Part shown: positions 8,031 through 16,598 of the stretch, piece after piece
Position numbering within the stretch: the stretch's first letter is position 1
How the letters are laid out: every line of letters begins with the position of its first letter
IMG/VR virus record: IMGVR_UViG_3300017644_000036
Location: 1-41,730 of that record
DNA from: a virus
Taxonomy: Duplodnaviria; Caudoviricetes
Direction: 5' to 3' (one strand)
Length of the DNA stretch: 41,730 nt
Translations under genes and position numbers: made by a program
Notes under the pieces: generated by a model
Seen by the model: only the letters and a program-made list of their open reading frames with translations
The model's database searches: none
What the model was told of the DNA's origin: nothing

Positions 8031-8899
8031 GCACCACCGATCTCGCCGTCCACGGCGCCCCGCAGACCGCCCTCACGATCGCCGACGACCAGGCGACGTT
8101 CACCGACCAGCAGGTCGCCGCGCTGCGTCACATGGGTGTCGACGGCGCGTCGCCCGCGGACCTCGCCGTGTTCTTCCACGTCGTCAAGCGCACGGGCCTC
8201 GACCCGTTCGCCCGGCAGATCTACATGATCAGCCGCAAGAGCAAGGGCGAGACGAAGCAGACGATCCAGACCGGGATCGACGGGTACCGGCTCATCGGCC
8301 GGCGCGCCGCCGACGCCCGCCGGGAGCCGATCTCCGTCAGCGCCCCGGAGTGGGCGCGGCCGGACGGGCAGTGGCTGTCCCTGTGGTCCGCCGAGTGGGG
8401 CACCCCGCTTGCGGCCCGCGTCACGATCACCCGCGGCGGCGAGCCGTTCACCGCGGTCGCCCTGTTCGACGAGTACAAGCAGACGAAGTACGACGGCGGC
8501 CTGACCGCCATGTGGGCGCAGCGCCCGGCCGGTCAGATTGCGAAGTGCGCCGAGGCCCTCGCCTGGCGCATGGCCTTCCCGCAGGACCTCGCCGGCGTCT
8601 ACGTCGAGGACGAGCTGCAGCACGCCGACGGCGGCCCCGCGGCGCGCACCGTCGCTGCGGGGAAGGACGCGCTCCGCGCCGCCGTCGTCGAGCACGCCGA
8701 GACCGACGCGGACCGGGCTCGCGCCGAGCTGCGGACCTGGTGCGCCGAGAACGACGTCGACCTGCGGACCGTCGCCGCCCGCTTCGAGAGCGAGCACGGG
8801 CACGCGCTCAAGGACACGACCGACGCCGGCGCGATCGAGCACCTGCAGTCCGACCTGGGCTACGAGCTCGCGGCCCTCGCGAACGGCACGGACGCGTGA
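8027..8899 (+). CDS. Bet/RecT-family single-strand annealing recombinase
   Basis: RTGLDPFARQIY, IQTGIDGYR, MWAQRPAGQIAKCAEALAWRMAFPQDLAGVY; follows the exonuclease. Confidence 0.92.
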   Translation: MSTTDLAVHGAPQTALTIADDQATFTDQQVAALRHMGVDGASPADLAVFFHVVKRTGLDPFARQIYMISRKSKGETKQTIQTGIDGYRLIGRRAADARREPISVSAPEWARPDGQWLSLWSAEWGTPLAARVTITRGGEPFTAVALFDEYKQTKYDGGLTAMWAQRPAGQIAKCAEALAWRMAFPQDLAGVYVEDELQHADGGPAARTVAAGKDALRAAVVEHAETDADRARAELRTWCAENDVDLRTVAARFESEHGHALKDTTDAGAIEHLQSDLGYELAALANGTDA

Positions 8900-9108
8900 C
8901 CCCCGACGAGCCGGGCGTGTTCCCGGTCCTCATCGACGGCGCCGACCAGCCGACCCTCGCGTTCGCCGACGGCGTCGAGTTCCACGAGCCGCTCCGGACC
9001 CTCGCGTTCTGCGACGACCCGGAGGCCGAGGTCGTCCAGTGCACGTGCGGGCGCGCGTTCTCCGACGCCGTGCTGCTCGAGGCCCACCTCGCGGAGGTTG
9101 CCGGATGA
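8896..9108 (+). CDS. Small protein with zinc-finger-like C-terminus
   Basis: CTCGRAFSDAVLLEAH; coupled overlaps. Confidence 0.6.
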   Translation: MTPDEPGVFPVLIDGADQPTLAFADGVEFHEPLRTLAFCDDPEAEVVQCTCGRAFSDAVLLEAHLAEVAG

Positions 9109-10391
9109 GCGCGCCCTACTACTCCGACGACCACGTGACGCTGCACCACGGGGACTGCCTCGACGTGCTGCGGACGCTGCCGGACGCGTCGGTCGACGCC
9201 GTCGTGACGGACCCGCCCTACGGGATCTCGTTCATGGGCAAGGCGTGGGACCAGCCCGGCGAGTTCGGGTCGCAGCGCAAGAACGGCCAGCCCGCGGTTC
9301 ACGCACGTGGAGCGGGCCGCGACCGCGCCGTGGTCGGCGACACGGGCGCGATGGATGCGGGCAGGTACGACCTGTCGCCGTCGGCGATGCGGAACTTCCA
9401 GCGGTGGTGCGAGGCGTGGGCGGCCGAGTGCCTGCGCGTGCTGAAGCCGGGCGGTCACCTCGTGGCGTTCGGTGGCTCGCGGACCTGGCACCGGCTCGCG
9501 GCCGGCGTCGAGGATGCCGGGTTCGAGATCCGCGACAGCATCGCGTGGCTGTACGGGAGCGGCTTCCCGAAGAGCATGAACGTCGCGAAGGCGATCTCGA
9601 CAGGGGGTCGCCCTGAGGACATTCGGCGCGCCGCGATGGGCGAGGACTACGCGCCGTCGGGCCGCGGGCGGGTCAACTACGACCACGGCGGCGGGTCGGC
9701 GATGAACGGGTCGTCAGCGGACGTGCCGCTCACCTCTGACGCCGAGCCGTGGCGGGGCTGGGGCACTGCGCTCAAGCCGTCCTTCGAGCCGATCGTCGTC
9801 GGCCGCAAGCCGCTCGCCGGCACGGTGGCCGCGAACGTCCTCGCGCACGGCACCGGGGCCCTGAACATCGACGCGACCCGGGTCCCGATGTCCGCCGACG
9901 ACGCGGCAGCGATCAACGCGAAGCACGCGGGCATGGACGTCGAGGACTACGACCGTGCGCCGGGCGTCGCCCTGAACCTGTCGGCCAAGCCGATCGCCCT
10001 CCGGGCGGCGCATGCACATGACCTGGGCCGGTGGCCCGCGAACGTCGTCCTGGACGGCACGCAGGCGGCGGAGCTCGGCGAGGACGCGCGGTTCTTCCCG
10101 ACGTTCCGCTACGAGGCCAAGGCACCGACGTCGGAGCGTCCCCGCGTGGACGGGGTCGCGCACCCGACGGTGAAGCCGCTCGACCTCATGCGGTGGCTCG
10201 TCCGCCTCATCACCCCGCCCGGCGGAGTCGTCCTCGAACCGTTCGCCGGGTCCGGCTCCACCGCCGAGGCGTGCGTCGTCGAGGGGTTCCGGTGCATCGC
10301 GATCGAGCGTGAGGCCGACTACCTCCCGCTCATCACGTCCCGGCTCACGAAGCCCATCGAGATGGTCCTGGACTTCGGAGTGTCGGCATGA
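9105..10391 (+). CDS. N6A/N4C DNA methyltransferase (beta class), orphan
   Basis: VTDPPY near N-terminus; HPTVKP and VLEPFAGSGST near C-terminus. Confidence 0.93.
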   Translation: MSAPYYSDDHVTLHHGDCLDVLRTLPDASVDAVVTDPPYGISFMGKAWDQPGEFGSQRKNGQPAVHARGAGRDRAVVGDTGAMDAGRYDLSPSAMRNFQRWCEAWAAECLRVLKPGGHLVAFGGSRTWHRLAAGVEDAGFEIRDSIAWLYGSGFPKSMNVAKAISTGGRPEDIRRAAMGEDYAPSGRGRVNYDHGGGSAMNGSSADVPLTSDAEPWRGWGTALKPSFEPIVVGRKPLAGTVAANVLAHGTGALNIDATRVPMSADDAAAINAKHAGMDVEDYDRAPGVALNLSAKPIALRAAHAHDLGRWPANVVLDGTQAAELGEDARFFPTFRYEAKAPTSERPRVDGVAHPTVKPLDLMRWLVRLITPPGGVVLEPFAGSGSTAEACVVEGFRCIAIEREADYLPLITSRLTKPIEMVLDFGVSA

Positions 10392-10630
10392 GCGCCCGTC
10401 GCCACCGCGAGGTCGTCGAGACGCTGACGATCACGTGGCCCATCGTCGACGGCGACATGCCTATGTCGGACCTCATGCGCGAGGCGCGCGAGTCGCTGCA
10501 CCTGACCATGCAGATCCACGGCATGCGACCGGTCCAGCGGCCCGCCATCACGGTGCAGCGCGGGCTCCGGCCCACGATCACGGCCCGCGTGAAGGTCGCC
10601 ATTGAGGCCGACGGGCGGCTGGCCGCATGA
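10388..10630 (+). CDS. Hypothetical phage protein
   Basis: ATGA overlaps. Confidence 0.6.
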   Translation: MSARRHREVVETLTITWPIVDGDMPMSDLMREARESLHLTMQIHGMRPVQRPAITVQRGLRPTITARVKVAIEADGRLAA

Positions 10631-10821
10631 CCGCCCCCGCCGCCCCGCGCCAGGCCGCCTGTGCCTGGTGCGGGGCGCGCCCCACGCGGCCTTACCCGGC
10701 CGGCCCGCTGTGCGCCAAGCACCAGCCCGACCCGCCCCCGGTTCCGCCGGCGGGCACGACCCTCGCGGATCTGCGCGCTCGCGCGGCCGACAAGACCAAG
10801 ACGACAGGAGCACGAGCATGA
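10627..10821 (+). CDS. Small CxxC/CxxH protein
   Basis: CAWCG...YPAGPLCAKH. Confidence 0.6.
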   Translation: MTAPAAPRQAACAWCGARPTRPYPAGPLCAKHQPDPPPVPPAGTTLADLRARAADKTKTTGARA

Positions 10822-11027
10822 CGAAGCCCGAGACGTGGCCCCGGGGGCGGTGGCGCGTCAACCAGGACGACGGCGGCTTCTGGATCCTCCACGCGCCCGA
10901 CTGCGGCGGTTGGAACGACGACGGAGGTAGCTGCACCGACCTCGGTTTGGGCACCCCGGACGTCACCGAGGCTCTGCGGCTCGCCCGCAAGGAGATCGCG
11001 AAGCATCCGCAGGAGGTCACGGCGTGA
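10818..11027 (+). CDS. Hypothetical phage protein
   Basis: AGGAG RBS, ATGA overlap. Confidence 0.6.
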   Translation: MTKPETWPRGRWRVNQDDGGFWILHAPDCGGWNDDGGSCTDLGLGTPDVTEALRLARKEIAKHPQEVTA

Positions 11028-11485
11028 CGAACCGGCCGAAGGACATCGGGACGCGCGCGGAGACCGCCGTCGTGCGGGCCGCGCGCGTCCACGGCTTCCC
11101 CGGGGCTGACCGGCTCACCCTGACTGGCGCGAAGGACCGCGGTGACGTGTCGCTCTGCCCCGGCGTGATCGTCGAGGTGAAGGGGGGCGAGCGCGCTCGC
11201 ACCGCGTCGGACCGGCAGATCGAGGCGTGGCTCGTCGAGACCGAGCGCGAGCGCGTGAACGCGGGCGCCGACGTCGCGTTCCTTGTCACGCAGCGCGCCG
11301 GCTTCGGCCCGGAGCGCGCTGCCCTGTGGTGGGCGCACCTGCGGCTCGTCGACCTCGACGCGGCGCGCGAGCACGACACCGAGCACGCGCTCGTCGGCGC
11401 GACGACGATCCGCCTGCACCTCGCAGACGCGCTGTTCATCCTGCGCTGCAACGGCTACGGCGACCGGCCGGAGGTGGCCGCGTGA
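11024..11485 (+). CDS. Holliday junction resolvase (PD-(D/E)xK, actinophage type)
   Basis: GTRAETAVV, DRGDV, VEVKG, ETERERVNAGA. Confidence 0.8.
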   Translation: MTNRPKDIGTRAETAVVRAARVHGFPGADRLTLTGAKDRGDVSLCPGVIVEVKGGERARTASDRQIEAWLVETERERVNAGADVAFLVTQRAGFGPERAALWWAHLRLVDLDAAREHDTEHALVGATTIRLHLADALFILRCNGYGDRPEVAA

Positions 11486-11592
11486 CCGTCACCTGCCTCT
11501 GCGGCGCGACCTACGTCACCACGCCCGACGGGCGCCACCGGCACCGTCTCGTGCACGGGCACACGCCGGTCGCCGACGAGGACGAGCAGTGA
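11482..11592 (+). CDS. Tiny CxC/His protein
   Basis: GGAGG RBS, GTGA overlap; TCLCG...HRLVHGH. Confidence 0.5.
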   Translation: MTVTCLCGATYVTTPDGRHRHRLVHGHTPVADEDEQ

Positions 11593-11606
11593 GGGGCCAA
11601 GCCGGG

Positions 11607-11792
11607 CTACGACGAGACGACGACCTCGAGGCCGACCGGCCGGGCGATGTCCTGGCCCCCGTCGTCGTCCCAGGTGATGTCGAGCGCCTCGTCGTCGGGG
11701 ATGTTCTCGGCGTCAGCAGCCTTCACGAGCGCTCGCAGGTCGCGCCACGTGGCGCCCTCGAAGGGCATGGACAGCGTCTTGGCGATCGGCAT
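11607..11792 (-). CDS. Small acidic hypothetical protein in reversed cassette
   Basis: AGGA RBS before MPIAKTLSM; 61 aa. Confidence 0.65.
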   Translation of the reverse strand: MPIAKTLSMPFEGATWRDLRALVKAADAENIPDDEALDITWDDDGGQDIARPVGLEVVVSS

Positions 11793-11824
11793 GGTCCTGA
11801 TCCTCTCGCAGGCGGAGCGCCCTG

Positions 11825-12028
11825 TCAGGTGTCGCTGTCGTCGCGGCCCTCGGCCTCCCGCCGGGCCAGTTCGGCGTTCCTGATGTTGAAGCACTGCGCG
11901 CGAGATAGGCCGGACGCGTCGACGATCTGCTGCCACGACGCGCCCTCATCGAGCGCGGCAAGGATCAGCTCCCCGCGGCGTGCGGAGAGCCGCTTGTACG
12001 CGCGCAGCTCGCGCAGCGGGTCGGCCAT
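11825..12028 (-). CDS. Small HTH protein in reversed cassette
   Basis: ALDEGASWQQIVDASGLSRAQCFNI HTH-like; start at MADPLR. Confidence 0.75.
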   Translation of the reverse strand: MADPLRELRAYKRLSARRGELILAALDEGASWQQIVDASGLSRAQCFNIRNAELARREAEGRDDSDT

Positions 12029-12044
12029 GTCCCCCAGTGTAGCC

Positions 12045-12108
12045 GTCCAAGAAGTTGACACGCTCACAGTCTAACTACTAGACATGTGATGCGTCTAGAA
12101 ACTAGACT
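12045..12108. promoter_or_regulatory. Three GTCTA-N5-TAGAC-type operators at 24-bp period, overlapping divergent promoters
   Basis: GTCCA-agaag-TTGAC 12045, GTCTA-actac-TAGAC 12069, GTCTA-gaaac-TAGAC 12093. Confidence 0.8.
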
Positions 12109-12133
12109 CATCGAAGATAGGAAGGAGGCGGAG

Positions 12134-12283
12134 ATGGACGGTCGAATCGGGCTCGCCCTCTCGATCCTCAACAGCGCGGACGGTCACGAGGCGCGCGCCA
12201 TCGACGAGGCGATCCTCGCCCTGCTCGGCGTCGACATCGACCAGCTGCTCGCGCTCCGCACGGCCGGGACGGGGGCCGCCTGA
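12134..12283 (+). CDS. Small hypothetical protein leading the replication operon
   Basis: AAGGAGG RBS; TGATG overlap with the initiator. Confidence 0.65.
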   Translation: MDGRIGLALSILNSADGHEARAIDEAILALLGVDIDQLLALRTAGTGAA

Positions 12284-13059
12284 TGGCGAAGATGCGCGGC
12301 ATCAAGCCCGAGACGTGGACGGACTCGAAGTTCGTCCGCCTGTCCCCGCTCGCCCGCCTGCTGTTCCTCGGCATGTGGAACCTCGCGTGCGACAACGGGC
12401 ACGTCGAGGACGACGTCATCGAGCTCAAGATCCGGCTCCTGCCGATCGACAACTGCGACGTCGCCGAACTGGTCGAGGAGCTCGTCTCCACCGGCCAGGT
12501 GGAGCGCCACGACGGCTTCCTCAAGGTCCGCAAGCTCTCGGTCCACCAGCGCATCGACGTCCGCTACCTGACCCTCTGCGAGTGGTGCTCGCACGACGAG
12601 CACACGACGTTCAGCGAGGCCGACAAGCCGGTCCGTACGAAGGGTGCACAGCGTGCAGACGACGGGCACACGTCGGGACCCCAGAGTGCGCCCGAAGGAG
12701 AAGGTGAGAAGAAGGTGAGAGGAAAGAAGAAGACTTCGTCTTCTTCTGGCACCGCTGCCGCGGCGCCCCGGACGGACGCTCGTCGAGGATCACGTCTTCC
12801 CGAGCCGTTCGTCATCACCGCCGACATGGTCCAGTGGGCGCGCCGGGAGACCCCGGGGCTCGACCACCGGGCCGTGACTGCACGGTTCGAGGACTACTGG
12901 CGGGCCGTCCCTGGAGCGAAGGGCGTCAAGCTAGACTGGGAGGCCACCTGGCGCAACTGGCTCCGTCGCGAGTTCGAGAACGCCACGCCGGCCGCGACCG
13001 AGCGGCGCCCCGGAACCTCGGTCTGGGACAACGTCGTGAGCGGCGGTGACGGCGTGTGA
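12283..13059 (+). CDS. Phage replication initiator
   Basis: IKPETWTDSK...LARLLFLGMWNLACDNG N-terminus, KLDWEATWRNWLRR C-terminus; directly upstream of DnaB. Confidence 0.8.
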   Translation: MAKMRGIKPETWTDSKFVRLSPLARLLFLGMWNLACDNGHVEDDVIELKIRLLPIDNCDVAELVEELVSTGQVERHDGFLKVRKLSVHQRIDVRYLTLCEWCSHDEHTTFSEADKPVRTKGAQRADDGHTSGPQSAPEGEGEKKVRGKKKTSSSSGTAAAAPRTDARRGSRLPEPFVITADMVQWARRETPGLDHRAVTARFEDYWRAVPGAKGVKLDWEATWRNWLRREFENATPAATERRPGTSVWDNVVSGGDGV

Positions 13060-14312
13060 ACGACGAGACCGCCACCGCGGAGACGGCGATCATCGGCATC
13101 GCGATGCACGAGCCGACCATCGTCGACGACGTCGCCCTCACCGAGCCCGACTTCCAGGACGCGCGCCTCGGCCACCTCTGGGACCTCATGCTGAGGCTCC
13201 GCGCCGAGTCCGCACCGACCGACCCGGCGACGCTCGTCGCCCGGCTCGGCACGCTCGCGGTCCGGATCGAGCCGGCGTGGATCGCGGAGCTGTACGGCGC
13301 GGCGCCCGTGGAGGCCCTGGCCGAGCACTACGCCCGGATCGTCGCCGAGCGCGCCACCTTGCGGCGCCTGCGGAAGGCCGCGGGCACGATCGTCCAGCTC
13401 GTCGACGCGGACACCCCGGCCGCCGAGCTCGTCGAGATCGCCCGCGCGGAGATCGACGCCACGTCCGTCACCACGGCGCACACCGGGTACGTGGCCGACG
13501 ACATCGACGAGACCATCGACGCGCTGTCCGAAGACCCGCGGATCACCCCGACCCCGTGGGCCGACCTCAACCACCTCCTCGGCGGCTGGCGCCCGGGCGC
13601 GCTCTACGTCGTCGGGGCCCGGCCCGGTGTCGGGAAGTCGCTCATCGCCCTCGGCGCCGCCGTCGGGCTCGCGCAGCACGGGCACGTCGCGTTCAACAGC
13701 CTCGAGATGGGTCGCCGGGAGGTCCACGAGCGACTGCTGGCGTCCGTCGGGGAGGTCGACCTCGGGCGCCTGTCCCGGCGTCGCCTCACGGAGGAGGACT
13801 GGTCCCGGATCGCCCGGCACCGCGCGCAGATCCAGGCGCTCCCGCTGTCGATCGACGACCGCACCAGCGTCACGACGACGGACGTGAAGAGCCACGCCCG
13901 CACCGTCTCGCGCCGCGGCCACCTCGCCGGCGTCGTCGTCGACTACCTGCAGCTCATGTCCACGCCGCGCGGCGACAAGCGGCCTCGCCACGAAGTCGTT
14001 GCCGAGATGTCCCGCGCGCTCAAGGTGCTCGCGAAGGACCTCGAGGTCCCCGTGATCGCCCTCTCGCAGCTCAACCGAGCCAGCGAGGCGCGCTCCGACC
14101 GTCGCCCGACTCTCGCCGACCTGCGTGAGTCAGGGGCGCTCGAGCAGGACAGCGACGTCGTCCTGCTGCTGCACGTCGAGGAGAACGACCCCTCGACCAT
14201 GCACGTCGCCGTCGCGAAGAACCGTCAGGGCGCCACGGGCGCCGTCCAGCTCACCAGGCGCGGGCACTACGCCCGCGTCGACAGCCAAGCCCGAGAGGAC
14301 CTCTACCGATGA
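13056..14312 (+). CDS. dnaB: DnaB-like replicative helicase
   Basis: GARPGVGKS, SLEM, VVVDYLQLM, ALSQLNR, DLRESGALEQDSD, AKNRQG. Confidence 0.96.
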   Translation: MNDETATAETAIIGIAMHEPTIVDDVALTEPDFQDARLGHLWDLMLRLRAESAPTDPATLVARLGTLAVRIEPAWIAELYGAAPVEALAEHYARIVAERATLRRLRKAAGTIVQLVDADTPAAELVEIARAEIDATSVTTAHTGYVADDIDETIDALSEDPRITPTPWADLNHLLGGWRPGALYVVGARPGVGKSLIALGAAVGLAQHGHVAFNSLEMGRREVHERLLASVGEVDLGRLSRRRLTEEDWSRIARHRAQIQALPLSIDDRTSVTTTDVKSHARTVSRRGHLAGVVVDYLQLMSTPRGDKRPRHEVVAEMSRALKVLAKDLEVPVIALSQLNRASEARSDRRPTLADLRESGALEQDSDVVLLLHVEENDPSTMHVAVAKNRQGATGAVQLTRRGHYARVDSQAREDLYR

Positions 14313-14683
14313 ACGAACAGACCACCGGCCCGCAGCCGAAGCCCCGCGGCGTCTCGTCGCAGGCCGGCCTCGCGTCGGTGCAGGAGGCCACGCCCGCCCG
14401 CGCCGGGGTGCCCGCGCGGCTGATCGACCCCGCCGCGATCGACGTCGAGGCGCTGGCCGCGGTGCTCCGTCGCCCGAAGCGTGGGCCGCGGTGGTTCTGC
14501 AAGGACTGCGGCATCGCACTCCCGACGTTGGCCGACGCGGACCGTCACATCGACGAGACGTTCGAGCAGGCGAAGGCGGAGGGGCGCACGGTGAGCCACA
14601 CGGCGAAGCGCACCCCGAAGCCCACGTGGACGCTCCGCGACCAGGCCGAGGCCGTCGTCGCTCATCTGACGGGCCGCTCGTGA
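14309..14683 (+). CDS. Hypothetical protein with CxxC
   Basis: WFCKDCG; coupled overlaps. Confidence 0.6.
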   Translation: MNEQTTGPQPKPRGVSSQAGLASVQEATPARAGVPARLIDPAAIDVEALAAVLRRPKRGPRWFCKDCGIALPTLADADRHIDETFEQAKAEGRTVSHTAKRTPKPTWTLRDQAEAVVAHLTGRS

Positions 14684-15462
14684 GCACCGCCCGGATCGAC
14701 CCGGACACGAAGCCCGTCCTGTACGCGGCGGCGTCGTCCGCGGCCCTCATCGCCGCCGTCTCGTTCGCCCTGTCGGCGGCCGGGCTCGTGCAGCTCGCGG
14801 CGTGGGGTCACGTCCCGTCGTTCCTCGCCTGGTGCGTCCCGGTGATGATCGACGGCGCGATCGCGGTCTACACGCTCGCCGTGCTCGTGTTCCGGGCCCG
14901 CGGGGAGTCCACGACCGTCGCGTGGGTGTCGCTCGCGCTCTGGACGGCCGTCAGCGTCGGCGGGAACGCGGCGCACGGGTGGGAGCCGCCCGCCCTCGTG
15001 CAACGGGCCGTCGGGACCGTCGTCGTCGCCCTCGCGCCCGTCGCCGTCGTGCTGGCCGTGCACACGATCTCCGACCTGATCGTCGCCCGCCCCGCGCCCG
15101 CGGAGCCCGCCGAGCAGCCCCGGACGCCTGGTGTCCCCGCCCAGGCGTCCGGGGTCACCACGACGGCCGCGACGCTCGTGTCCGTCCGGCCGGACGCTCT
15201 GTCCGCGCTGACCGCCCGACGCCGTCCGCCCCAGACGTCTGTCCGCCGCCACCGGACGCCCCGGACGCGCCCCGCGCAGCAGACGGACACGGACACCGGA
15301 CGGACGCGTCCGTCCGGACGGGCCGCCGACCACCGGGACACCATCGCCAGCCTCCACGCGGACGGCCTGTCCGTCCGCGCCATCGCCGCCCAGATCGGCA
15401 TCGGACGCACCGCCGTCCACGAGATCGTCCGCACCCTCAAGACCCAGGAGACCCCCGCATGA
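14680..15462 (+). CDS. DUF2637-like membrane protein with C-terminal HTH
   Basis: About four hydrophobic helices (SFALS, PVMIDGAI, SVGGNAAH, APVAV), low-complexity linker, GLSVRAIAAQIGIGRTAVHEI. Confidence 0.8.
   Translation: MSTARIDPDTKPVLYAAASSAALIAAVSFALSAAGLVQLAAWGHVPSFLAWCVPVMIDGAIAVYTLAVLVFRARGESTTVAWVSLALWTAVSVGGNAAHGWEPPALVQRAVGTVVVALAPVAVVLAVHTISDLIVARPAPAEPAEQPRTPGVPAQASGVTTTAATLVSVRPDALSALTARRRPPQTSVRRHRTPRTRPAQQTDTDTGRTRPSGRAADHRDTIASLHADGLSVRAIAAQIGIGRTAVHEIVRTLKTQETPA
15121..15431. repeat. Cluster of 22 GTCCG/CGGAC pentamers including a perfect 22-bp palindrome at 15296-15317
   Basis: Hand count; CCGGACGGACGCGTCCGTCCGG. Confidence 0.85.
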
Positions 15463-15974
15463 GCACAACCCACGACTGGACCGAGACCCCAGCGCAGCTC
15501 CTCGCGCGGGCCCGCCGGATCCACGCCCGCATCGACCAGTTCGGCCGCGACGACCGGCGCGTGGACGATCACGAGGGCTACGCCGCGTTCTGGACCATCG
15601 CGCCGAAGATCCTCGACGCGCTCGAGGCCGCGCTCGACGTCGACGATGCCACCTCCGACGGGTACCACACGTTCGCCGAGCTCTACGAGTACCAGATGCT
15701 CTACAACGCCCACGCCGCCCGCGGCTGGCTCGCCGCCGGGATCCCGGTCATGAAGTCGTGGCGGCACTCGGACGGCGAACCATGCTTCGACGGCGGCTGG
15801 TTCGTCGTCGTCGCGCAGCTCCCGACCGGGCAGGTCAGCAACCACTACCCCGCGGCCGACTGGGACCTGTTCGACGTCCCCGAGGTCGAGACCGCGCCCG
15901 TCTGGGACGGGCACACACCGCGCGAGGCCGCCCGGCGCCTCCGCGAAGCACTCACCCAGGAGGCGACCCGATGA
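15459..15974 (+). CDS. WDGH-motif phage protein
   Basis: SDGYHTFAELY, SWRHSDGE, LPTGQVSNHY, APVWDGHT. Confidence 0.7.
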   Translation: MSTTHDWTETPAQLLARARRIHARIDQFGRDDRRVDDHEGYAAFWTIAPKILDALEAALDVDDATSDGYHTFAELYEYQMLYNAHAARGWLAAGIPVMKSWRHSDGEPCFDGGWFVVVAQLPTGQVSNHYPAADWDLFDVPEVETAPVWDGHTPREAARRLREALTQEATR

Positions 15975-16333
15975 CCACGCCCGCGAAGTGGACGCCCGCC
16001 GAGCCCGCGCCCGACGACGGCGCGGCCCGCGCAGCCCGGGCCGCCACCTACGAGGAGCTGCAGGACGCCGTGCTCCTGCTGGCGGCCGAGCGCGACGCCG
16101 CCCGCGCGGAGGTCGAGCGGCTGCGGGAGGAGCGCGATGTCGCCGAGGCTGACCTCGACTCCGCACGCGACGAGCGTGACGCCGCCCGCGCGGCCCTGGC
16201 GAGGCTCGACGACCGGGACGGGATGGCGCGGATGATTCGAGACACGCGCGACGACGAGTCGAGCGTCTCGGACCGCGACCGTCTCGTGGCCGATGCCGTG
16301 ATCGCGTTCATCCAAGGAGGCTCCGATGCCTGA
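15971..16333 (+). CDS. Coiled-coil hypothetical protein
   Basis: ERDAARA repeats; GGAGG RBS. Confidence 0.65.
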   Translation: MTTPAKWTPAEPAPDDGAARAARAATYEELQDAVLLLAAERDAARAEVERLREERDVAEADLDSARDERDAARAALARLDDRDGMARMIRDTRDDESSVSDRDRLVADAVIAFIQGGSDA

Positions 16334-16598
16334 CACCGACCTGCGCGCCGCGCTGGCGAGGATGCGCGAGAACGTCGTCGACTGGAAGAACGAGGGCGTC
16401 CCCGGCCCCTGGGATGACAACCTCGCCGTCATCGACGCGGTCACGGCGGTGCTCGACCTGGCGGACGAGTCGGACCGTCGCGTGCGAGCCAACAGGAAGG
16501 CGCTCGAACAGAACACGTTCGTCATGCACCACATCCCGACGGCGGACGACTACAGGCGCGCCGTCGCTGAGGCGCTCGGGATCGAGGAGGACGCATGA
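16326..16598 (+). CDS. Hypothetical phage protein
   Basis: AAGGAGG RBS. Confidence 0.65.
   Translation: MPDTDLRAALARMRENVVDWKNEGVPGPWDDNLAVIDAVTAVLDLADESDRRVRANRKALEQNTFVMHHIPTADDYRRAVAEALGIEEDA

Noticed and set aside
11607-12028. Toxin-antitoxin call for the reversed two-gene cassette
   Set aside because: Layout is compatible, but the 61-aa acidic protein shows no toxin motif I recognise; left as unknown
12045-12108. Possible mini CRISPR array (also 19473-19512 and 40871-40890)
   Set aside because: Units and spacers are far too short and no cas genes are present; operator or hairpin readings fit better
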